A stretch of 64,000 bases of DNA from assembly GCA_964526295.1 (NCBI GenBank), contig CAZGKW010000007.1, positions 5,136-69,135 on the forward strand. The letters run 5' to 3'. Position numbers and translations under genes: made by a program. Shown here piece by piece: positions 57,091 to 64,000 of this stretch. Positions within the stretch are counted from its first letter, which is position 1, and each line of letters begins with the position of its first letter. The notes below the pieces were generated by a model. The model searched no databases. It saw only the letters and a program-made list of their open reading frames with translations, and was not told the DNA's origin. This stretch comes from an uncultured Anaerolineales bacterium. GTDB taxonomy: Bacteria > Planctomycetota > Phycisphaerae > FEN-1346.

Positions 57091-57774
57091 TCAGGACTTC
57101 AAACGCTTCCTGCTGTACGATCCCAGAAACCCGAGCCCAATAAGGCCGGAAGCCAACGTTACCGGTTCGGGAATCACGTAACCAGGTTCAAGGTCCACTT
57201 CAATCCTGAGCGTAGCGTAGTCTATGGCCGCATCGTCAGTCAAACGCATGTCGAGTACCCCGTCTTGGAGAAGCGGAAGCCTATCATCCCCCAAGACGTT
57301 CGCGAGGTCGAGCGTCCTCATGCTAGTTCCCGACTCAGGGACGGGGAGCCACCCTAGGTCGCTGAAGGTGTAGTATGGATAGTCCTCAATGGGGTTGTCC
57401 TTGTGAAACACCACCCAGTCGGTGGTCACCAGGCCATCCGTCGCTCGCAAAGCGAAAGTCAGCGTAGCTGCCGTCACTTGCTCTCCTGTCGCAAGCGAAA
57501 ACTCCAGCGTGAACGGCACCAACTGGTTGGCGTGGAGTTCGTCAAAGTCGGACGTTCGAGGAACACGAGGGACTGCAAGCCAAGCTTGCATGCCCGGACT
57601 CAGATATACGTCATCTTCGCTTCCTGCGCCTTCGTAGGTGAACCCGTCAGCGTCGCCCAGCAGGTACTCACGGGTTTCAGGATATGTTATGGCTAGGGCT
57701 GGGACCTGGGCGCAGGCGAAGAAGCCAATCCCACCGGCAACCAAAAAGGCAGCACACTTCCCAAGACATGTCAT
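57091..57774 (-). CDS. PEP-CTERM sorting-signal secreted protein
   Basis: Signal peptide. The C-terminus VIPEPVTLASGLIGLGFLGSYSRKRLKS has the PEP motif, a hydrophobic helix and a basic tail, which is the exosortase substrate signature. Confidence 0.75.
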   Translation of the reverse strand: MTCLGKCAAFLVAGGIGFFACAQVPALAITYPETREYLLGDADGFTYEGAGSEDDVYLSPGMQAWLAVPRVPRTSDFDELHANQLVPFTLEFSLATGEQVTAATLTFALRATDGLVTTDWVVFHKDNPIEDYPYYTFSDLGWLPVPESGTSMRTLDLANVLGDDRLPLLQDGVLDMRLTDDAAIDYATLRIEVDLEPGYVIPEPVTLASGLIGLGFLGSYSRKRLKS

Positions 57775-57888
57775 TCCGCTTCCCCCACTTTTACATTGTC
57801 ATAAACATTCGGCGAACTGGGCAATGTACCTCAAGAACCCGGTTGCGTCAAATAGAAAATGGCGCGCTACTTAGTTCGAGTTGTGCAC

Positions 57889-58425
57889 TTATGCCGCTCG
57901 TGAACAGAGATCCGGCAGGGACTGAAGGGATTTGCGCGAACCCTGGTCCCAGGCCGGGGTCTCCGAAAACCGCTGTCGCAGCGACTGCCGCCGGAGGGTC
58001 GTCAGCAGGTCCGCGAACGCGGCCCGACGCTTCCGGCGGTACCACGGCCGGTGCGGAAAGGACAGATGGCGATGGCCGTCCTGGACGAACCACAGGACGC
58101 TCAGACTGTACAGGAGCGGGGCCGTGGGAGCGGTCCGCTCGACGGCCCGGCGGGTCCAGCCCCGGGGCCCCTCGAAGCCCAGGTGCCCCTTGGCCACGCC
58201 GATGTCATGCTCCTCGCTCACCCACAGCAGCCGGGCCTCGCCCAGGTCGTCCACCAGGTCCGCCCCGTAGTCCCGCGGGACGAAGTTGCCGAACGGTCCG
58301 TTGAACATCGGCCAGGCGGGCGGCCGCGCGCCCTCGGCCGCTGCCGCCATGCCCACTCCCACCAGGGCGATCAGCAGCGTCGCGGCCCGCAGGATCCGAA
58401 GAACACTATTCGCGTTGCCGTGCAT
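57889..58425 (-). pseudogene. partial duplicate of the N-terminal ~100 aa of the downstream PQQ-like lipoprotein, with unrelated tail
   Basis: AWPMFNGPFGNFVPRDYGADLVDDLGEARLLWVSEEHDIGVAKG closely parallels AWPMFNGPCGNFVPLRFDVQLVDDLADARLLWVSEEEDIGIAKG of gene 58406..60067. The remainder is low-complexity. Confidence 0.55.
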
Positions 58426-60067
58426 AAGGTTTGCTCCCGTGAACCTGGTTGTTCGGTGAGTTGCGCAGGTCGTAGCAGACGATCGCCCCCAAGGACGTGC
58501 GCAAGTAGATACGGCCGTCGTAGTAGGGAACCTCGATCGGCACGCCCGAGCCCGTTGCGGCGAAGTGCGGCGCGATCCAGCCGTGCGAGAGACGCTCCAC
58601 CCGGCCGCCGGAGATGTCGAACCAGGACGCCCCGAACTGCCGGTCGTTGTGGACGACGTCGTAGAACGTCATCATGTGGTCCCCGCAGAGCAGGATCTGG
58701 TTGAAGCCGTTCTTCTCCGGCGTCTCCGGAAGCGGGCGTACCTCCTGGAGGACCTCGCCGGTCTCCTCCCCGATGACGAACAGATATCGCTTGTCACGGA
58801 GGCCCTGGCTGTTGCCGAGCCAGACGATGCCGTCCCGGATCACCACCTTCCGGTGCGTGCCGGGGCCCGGGCCGACCTTGAAGTCGTACTTCGCCTCGTC
58901 CGGCAGCTTCCAGGCGAGTTCGGCCCCGCCCAAGTCGAAGCGGTAGGCGCCCCACCGCCCGCCGTAACGCCCATCCGGCGCCGTCTCGGGGTCCGGCCGG
59001 ACGTTCACCAGCACGTGCGAGTCCGACGGGCCGAGGGGGGAGAGCATCGGCCCCAGACCCTCTACCGTCCAGAGCACCTCGCCGGAGCGGGGGTCGATCA
59101 GCCGAAGCTCGCCCCGGCCCGAGTTGGCCAGCAGGTACTCCCGCCCCTCCAAGCGGACGACGGCCGGTGTCGAGAACTTGCTCAGCACCCCGCCGATCTC
59201 CCAGAGGATCTCGCCGTTTTCCGGATCCACGCCGGCCAGGCCGCGCGGGCTGCCCGTAAACGTCGGGCAGATCAGCACGTCGGCGGCCACCACCAGCGAA
59301 CTGAGCCAGCCACTGAGCAGCTGCGCATCGCCGAAGCGCTGCTGCTCCAGCGCAGCCGCCTTGGCTTGTTCGGCCAGCTCGTGCGTGCGGCCGAGGCCCT
59401 GTTCCCAGATCTTCGCGCCGGTCTGCGCATCGTAGCAGTACAGTCGGGCCGTCGTGCCGAGATGGTAGACGCGCCCGTCGTGGTAGACTGGCGAGACGCC
59501 CCAGCCGCCGCGCTTCAGCCCCGGCGTCCGTACGCCCTTGCGCTGCTCGATGGCCTTCCACTTCGTTCGTCCGGTCTCGGCGTCGATCGCCACGACGACG
59601 TCGTGGGCGTCGATCGCCCAGATGTCCCACCACGTCTCCGGGGCCTCGGCCCGCGTGCCCACCGTCCGCAGGGACTCCGGCGAGTATGGCGGACCGACCG
59701 GGCGGAAGAAGGCGACATAGACGGTCCCTTCGGCCACGATCGGGCTGCTCCGCCCGCCGGGGTGGGGACTGGCGCCTTCGGCGACGATCCGTTGCGGGCC
59801 GTACGGCCCCTTGGCGATGCCGATGTCCTCCTCCTCGCTCACCCACAGCAGGCGGGCGTCGGCCAGGTCGTCCACGAGTTGCACGTCGAAGCGGAGCGGG
59901 ACGAAGTTGCCGCAGGGCCCGTTGAACATCGGCCAGGCTGCCCGGGCGGCGTGGGCAGATGTCTCGTCGGCGCCCGCTGCGATCCCAACTGTGCATCCGG
60001 CCACCAGGCCGAGCACGGCAAGTGAACCCGCGCCAAGTAGCCGATTCCATCCGAGATCCGTGCTCAT
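58406..60067 (-). CDS. PQQ-like beta-propeller repeat lipoprotein
   Basis: Signal peptide plus LVAGC lipobox. Propeller blades include AIDAETGRTKWKA, CYDAQTGAKIWEQ, VDPENGEILWE and IDPRSGEVLWT. Confidence 0.8.
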   Translation of the reverse strand: MSTDLGWNRLLGAGSLAVLGLVAGCTVGIAAGADETSAHAARAAWPMFNGPCGNFVPLRFDVQLVDDLADARLLWVSEEEDIGIAKGPYGPQRIVAEGASPHPGGRSSPIVAEGTVYVAFFRPVGPPYSPESLRTVGTRAEAPETWWDIWAIDAHDVVVAIDAETGRTKWKAIEQRKGVRTPGLKRGGWGVSPVYHDGRVYHLGTTARLYCYDAQTGAKIWEQGLGRTHELAEQAKAAALEQQRFGDAQLLSGWLSSLVVAADVLICPTFTGSPRGLAGVDPENGEILWEIGGVLSKFSTPAVVRLEGREYLLANSGRGELRLIDPRSGEVLWTVEGLGPMLSPLGPSDSHVLVNVRPDPETAPDGRYGGRWGAYRFDLGGAELAWKLPDEAKYDFKVGPGPGTHRKVVIRDGIVWLGNSQGLRDKRYLFVIGEETGEVLQEVRPLPETPEKNGFNQILLCGDHMMTFYDVVHNDRQFGASWFDISGGRVERLSHGWIAPHFAATGSGVPIEVPYYDGRIYLRTSLGAIVCYDLRNSPNNQVHGSKPYARQRE

Positions 60068-60284
60068 GGTCCTTCCTTTCCATTAGTGCAGGTCTGCACC
60101 TGTACTCATCGCCACTCTTGTCCAAAACAATCTTGAAACCGCGTGAACGCTTGAAGGTTTCGACGTCTCCCGGAATGGGGTAGCATGGGGATTGGTTAAA
60201 GCCCAAACACCCCATCCAGGAGACGCTTACAGGGTATCAGTGGCCAGTCTGTTGGGTCAAGTCCCAGAAACAAGTCGGCTGGGT

Positions 60285-61319
60285 TCAGGCCGCGGGGACG
60301 AGGTTCCGCACCTCGAAGCCGTCGGCCCGTCGGGCCTGGATGTAGCGATTCAGTTCCTCCCGTTCCAGCGTCGTGAACTTCACGCCGCGCCACCGCTCGC
60401 TCGCCCGCCACAGCGTGGCGAACACGAGTTTCAGGCACTCCTTCTCACCCCGGAAGCGCGGCAGGACCTTCGCCCGGCGCCGCTCCTCCACGAAACTCCG
60501 CTCGCACAGGTTCGTCGTCCGCACCGTCCGGGGGTGCCGGCCCGGCAGCTTCAGGTGGGCCAGGCTGGCCGCCAGGTCGTCCTCCAGGCACCCCGCCGCC
60601 GACGGCAGGTCCCGCGAACGCAGCTCCTCCACCAGGGCCTGGGCCCGCTCCCGCCCCAGCTCGTGGTTCGGGGCCTCCCGCACGTCCACCAGCAGCCGCT
60701 TGATCTCCTCACGCTGAGCCTCCGGCACTTTTTCCAGCACGTTCTTCATCTTGTGCACCCAGCACCGGATCCGCTCCGCCGACGGCCACGTCGCCTCGAT
60801 CGCCGCCAGGCACCCCGGCGCCCCGTCGCTCGTCACGGTCAGCGGCGTCGGCAGGCCCCGCTTGCGGGCCAGGGTGTCGTCGACGGCTAGCCAGACCCCG
60901 GCGGCGGGGTCCAGCAGACGCAGCACGAGGTCCAAGGCGGCCAGACCCAACTCGTCGAGCGACCACCGGGCGGCGGCGAAGACCCGGTGGAACGCCGAGT
61001 GGTGCTTCGTGCCGACGGCCCCGGCCGCCTGGATCATGCCGGTGACCGTCCGCCGACGGGCGAATATCCATCCCGCCAGCACGATGAGGAAACTCTGAAA
61101 GGTCGGCCGGGTCATCACGAAAGAAACCTCACGAACCAGCGTCTCGAACGTCGAGACGAATTCCACAGGCGAGCCCTCCTCCGTTCGGTGCGTTTGCCAC
61201 TCACTGAACCGGCAGGAAGGCTCGTTATTTATTGACAAAACTCCCGGCGCCCCACCACCTTGAAAAGTGCGAAACACGAACTGAGTGTCCTTTTGACAGA
61301 AGCTAAGCCCTTTATCCAC
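60285..61319 (-). mobile_element. chimeric/degenerate transposase ORF: IS256-family C-terminal half fused to an unrelated IS (IS701/IS4-like) N-terminal fragment
   Basis: The C-terminus ...SDGAPGCLAAIEATWPSAERIRCWVHKMKNVLEKVP...TTNLCERSFVEERRRAKV... matches the IS256 (Transposase_mut) catalytic half. The N-terminus ...LAGWIFARRRTVTGMIQAAG...HSAFHRVFAAARWSLDELG...LAVDDTLARKRG resembles a different DDE transposase N-terminus. No intact full-length IS256 N-terminus is present. Confidence 0.65.
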
Positions 61320-61334
61320 ACCGGGTTAGGCGCA

Positions 61335-61362
61335 GAAAAAAGACACTTAGTGTCTTTTTTTT
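61335..61362. terminator. third copy of the AAAAGACACTTAGTGTCTTTT palindrome flanked by A and T runs (bidirectional terminator-like)
   Basis: GCGCAGAAAAAAGACACTTAGTGTCTTTTTTTTCC, with the same 21-bp core as at 14563 and 14615. Confidence 0.5.
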
Positions 61363-61447
61363 CCCGCCTCCGGGCGTTTGTGGCCTGCCGCCTTGGTCTC
61401 GGCCTTCTCGCTCGGCCTCGTGACGAACCGATTACTTGGACAGGCCC

Positions 61448-61558
61448 TTAACGCTATCCTTGCGTGCTGCTAACGGTTTCGCCGCAAAACTCACCGCCAT
61501 CTAACGCGCGGCTAGTGAAACTAGCGCGCTTTTAACTTGCCCTTAACCGAACGCTAAC
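61448..61558 (+). promoter_or_regulatory. six direct YTAAC repeats upstream of the phosphate porin gene (candidate response-regulator/Pho-box-like sites)
   Basis: TTAAC/CTAAC at 61448, 61470, 61501, 61532, 61543 and 61554. The last three are spaced about one helical turn apart. The region is locally AT-richer. Confidence 0.3.
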
Positions 61559-61744
61559 CTTTCGTGGGTAGCGTCACTGCGGGGCGTGACGGATCGGGGG
61601 CCGGCCGAGAGGGGTCGGACGGGCCCGACGGGGGGCCAGGGGGGGTATCAAGGGGCCGCCCCCGGCCCTCCGACGCCGACCCTTCCGCGGCGAAGCAAGG
61701 GGCGAGGCGCCGTCGCCGGCGCCACGGGTGAGAGGAGTACTGCG

Positions 61745-63235
61745 ATGGGGCACCGGGGGTGGCCGGGGGGGTCTGTCGTCATCGTGGTCGTCGTGGTCCT
61801 GGCCGCTTCGGCGAGGGCCGAGCAGCCGGACGGATCGGTGGAGGCCAGGCTCCAGGGGCTCCGTGGCGAGATGGCCGTGCTCCAGGGCCGCATCGACGAG
61901 CTGGAGGCGGAGGCCGAGAGGTCCCGCCGGGTCGACGCCGCCCTCGAGGAGCTGGGTCCGGAGGCCCTGCCGAACGACTTCCGCCTCTACTGGGACAAGG
62001 GCATGCGGGCCAAGACGACCGACGGCCGGCTCAGCATGAAGTTCGGCGGGCGGTTGATGTACGATTGGATCTGGATCGACGACGGGGACTTCGACGAGCG
62101 GGGCGAGGACCTCCTCGACGGGGGAGAGGTCCGGCGGGCCCGGCTCTACTGGGAGGGCACGTTCTGGAAGCGGATCAAATTTAAATGGCAGTACGACTTC
62201 GCCGAGGGCGAGGCTACGGTCAAGGACCTGTACCTGGAGCTGGCGAACCTGCCCGGATCGGGCGACGGCCGGGCCTGGCACCTCCGGGGCGGGCACTTCA
62301 AGGAGCCGTTCAGCCTGAACGAGCTGACCAGCTCGAAGTACATTACCTTCATGGAGCGGGCCCTGCCGAACGCCTTCGTTGCGGGCCGCAACCCCGGCTT
62401 CATGGTCCACGGCCACGCGTTCACCGAGCGGATGACGTTCGCGGCCGGCGTTTTCAAGGACGCCTCGGCCTCCGAGGACTGCGAGGCCGAGCTGGTCGAC
62501 GTCGACGACGACGGCGACATCGACCCGGACGATGCGATCGATTGCGACATCGACCTCCAGCTCGACGACGCCCAGTTCCAGCGGGACGGCGACTACGTCG
62601 GCGCCGCCCGGATGACGTTCCTGCCGTGGTACGACCCGGGCAAGGGCCTGTTCCACGTGGGCGGGTCGTACAGCTTCCGGCCCATGGACGTCCGGTACCG
62701 GTCGCGGCCGGAGGCCCACCTGACGGAGCGGCTGATCGGCACGGCCGTCATTCCCGTCGACGAGGCCCACCTGGTCGGGGCGGAGGGGGCGTTCGCCTAC
62801 GGGCCGCTGCACTGCCAGGGCGAATACGTCTGGGCCGTGACGGACCTCTCGTCGTCGGCCCCGGGGGGCTTCGACGACCCCACCTTCGCCGGCTGGTACG
62901 CCCAGGCGGGCGTCTTCCTGACCGGCGAGAGCCGCCCTTACAAGCCGACGGCCGGCACGTGGGACCGCGTGAAGCCGAAGAAGAGCTACGGCCAGGACGG
63001 CGGCTACGGCGCGGTCGAGCTGGCGGGGCGCTACTCGGTCCTCGACCTGGACGACGCCGACTTCGAGTTCGGCGAGATGCGCAACTGGACGGTGGCACTG
63101 AATTGGTACCTGACGCCGAACGTCGTGGTCAAGTGGAACTACATCCGGACGATGCTCGAGGACCTCGCGGAGATAGACGGTGACGATTCGCCCGAGACGG
63201 ACCTGTTCATGATGCGGCTCCAGGTGGACTTCTAG
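61745..63235 (+). CDS. phosphate-selective porin O/P family outer-membrane protein
   Basis: ATG at 61745 gives MGHRGWPGGSVVIVVVVVLAASARA (signal peptide), then an N-terminal coiled-coil and an OprO/OprP-type beta-barrel (...WHLRGGHFKEPFSLNELTSSKYITFMERA..., with a C-terminal ...MMRLQVDF aromatic terminus). Confidence 0.85.
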   Translation: MGHRGWPGGSVVIVVVVVLAASARAEQPDGSVEARLQGLRGEMAVLQGRIDELEAEAERSRRVDAALEELGPEALPNDFRLYWDKGMRAKTTDGRLSMKFGGRLMYDWIWIDDGDFDERGEDLLDGGEVRRARLYWEGTFWKRIKFKWQYDFAEGEATVKDLYLELANLPGSGDGRAWHLRGGHFKEPFSLNELTSSKYITFMERALPNAFVAGRNPGFMVHGHAFTERMTFAAGVFKDASASEDCEAELVDVDDDGDIDPDDAIDCDIDLQLDDAQFQRDGDYVGAARMTFLPWYDPGKGLFHVGGSYSFRPMDVRYRSRPEAHLTERLIGTAVIPVDEAHLVGAEGAFAYGPLHCQGEYVWAVTDLSSSAPGGFDDPTFAGWYAQAGVFLTGESRPYKPTAGTWDRVKPKKSYGQDGGYGAVELAGRYSVLDLDDADFEFGEMRNWTVALNWYLTPNVVVKWNYIRTMLEDLAEIDGDDSPETDLFMMRLQVDF

Positions 63236-63339
63236 GGGGCCGCTGGGTAGACTCAGGGGCGTCGGATCGCAGGCCCCCGGGGGGGAGAAGGCCGCCGAGC
63301 CTGGGGGTCCGGGAAGCGGAGAGGAAGGGTCGACCGGCG

Positions 63340-64000
63340 ATGTCCATCCATTTCACGCGGGAGCTGTCGAAGCTGAAGCGTCTGAATCTGGCCCTCGGGG
63401 CCCGAGTCGAGGAGGCCATCGCCAAGGCCGTCACGGCCCTGTCGAGCCGCGACACGGTCATGGCCGACGAGGTCATCGAGCAGGACGCCGAGATCGACCG
63501 CCTGGAGGTTGAGGTGGAGGAGGAGTGCCTGAAGCTCCTGGCGCTGTATCAGCCGGTGGCGACGGACATGCGGTTCATCGTCGCGGTCCTGAAAATGAAC
63601 AACGACCTGGAGCGGATGGGCGACCTGGCGGTCAACATCGCCAAGGCCGCCAAACGGGTGGTGTCGAACCCGCCGATCGCCTCGCCGCAGGACTTCACGG
63701 AGATGGCGGTGAAGGTCCGCTCCATGGTCAAGCGGTGCCTGGACGCCCTCGTGAACGGCGACGCCGCCCTCGCCCAGCAGGTCTGTGCCGACGATGACGA
63801 GGTCGATGCCATGCGGCAGACGTTCCGCGAGCAGATCGAGTCGCAGCTTGCGGCCGACGGCGGCGACAACACGTCGGTCCTGGTCTCGCTCTACACGATC
63901 GTCGGGCACCTGGAGCGGCTGGCCGACATGGCGACGAACATCGCCGAGGACGTGATCTACATGGTCCAGGGCCGGATTATCCGCCACGGCGGGGCGACCC
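63340..64000 (+). CDS. phoU: phosphate transport system regulator PhoU (partial, continues beyond window end)
   Basis: ATG at 63340 after GGAGAGGAAGGG gives MSIHFTRELSKLKRLNLALGARVEEAIAKAVTALSSRDTVMADEVIEQDAEIDRLEVEVEEECLKLLALYQPVATDMRFIVAVLKMNNDLERMGD..., the canonical PhoU two-repeat helical protein. It is absent from the ORF track (no in-window stop); track ORF 63253..63987(-) is its antisense. Confidence 0.85.
   Translation, partial: MSIHFTRELSKLKRLNLALGARVEEAIAKAVTALSSRDTVMADEVIEQDAEIDRLEVEVEEECLKLLALYQPVATDMRFIVAVLKMNNDLERMGDLAVNIAKAAKRVVSNPPIASPQDFTEMAVKVRSMVKRCLDALVNGDAALAQQVCADDDEVDAMRQTFREQIESQLAADGGDNTSVLVSLYTIVGHLERLADMATNIAEDVIYMVQGRIIRHGGAT

Larger units (their letters stand above)
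55380..57880. other. AT-rich island (~2.5 kb) of probable foreign origin
   Basis: G+C is visibly much lower than the ~70% of flanking DNA. It contains four small minus-strand genes. It is flanked by a truncated oxidoreductase gene on one side, and on the other by a partial gene duplication plus IS remnants. Confidence 0.6.

Overview
The window is a 64 kb, high-GC (about 70% by eye) bacterial chromosomal segment with very strong G/C third-codon-position bias. The gene content points to a Planctomycetota-like lineage; this is inference from the many PQQ-like beta-propeller lipoproteins, a DUF1080 hydrolase, a PEP-CTERM protein, giant multi-domain envelope proteins and several aldo/keto reductases. 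Many long six-frame ORFs in the track are antisense or off-frame artefacts of real genes. I called genes by motif recognition, third-position G/C, start-codon/RBS context and operon logic.

Contents, from start to end:
- 1-4061, minus strand: an ExbB - 529-aa bitopic membrane protein - ExbD - HEAT-repeat lipoprotein operon. The lipoprotein gene runs off the window start and is missing from the ORF track.
- 4333-7879: a SAM-dependent methyltransferase, an aldo/keto reductase (AKR) and a thioredoxin-fold CxxC protein.
- 7900-8900: an approximately 1 kb complex tandem array of palindromic repeats.
- 9203-14256: a fasciclin lipoprotein, an ECF sigma factor with a cobalamin-binding-domain protein, and a GH55-like beta-helix protein.
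- 14315-17139: a polyamine block of agmatinase, deoxyhypusine-synthase-like protein and pyruvoyl-dependent arginine decarboxylase. The agmatinase CDS carries an in-frame 73-nt MITE-like inverted-repeat insertion.
- 17519-26027: rhodanese, PQQ-like propeller proteins, an AKR with an Fe-S domain, an SDR, an alpha/beta hydrolase and a DUF1080 protein.
- 26064-39244: two divergent glycyl-radical-enzyme/activase pairs embedded among sugar-type enzymes (ROK kinase, Gfo/Idh/MocA oxidoreductase, beta-helix protein, two AKRs and an NAD-epimerase).
- 39355-54132, minus strand: an approximately 15 kb translationally coupled operon. It holds two ABC ATPases, an FtsX permease, a 1716-aa PA/M28-like pseudo-peptidase::FtsX fusion, an orphan PqqD-like protein and 680-aa and 946-aa polytopic membrane proteins. 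This is the best candidate for an undescribed envelope machine.
- 54330-61362: a truncated FAD-oxidoreductase remnant, then an AT-rich island of about 2.5 kb (55380-57880) encoding a PEP-CTERM protein and two zinc-ribbon membrane proteins. It is followed by a partial gene duplication, a PQQ lipoprotein and a chimeric IS remnant.
- 61745-64000: a phosphate-selective OprO/P-type porin and phoU. phoU is partial at the window end and not in the ORF track.
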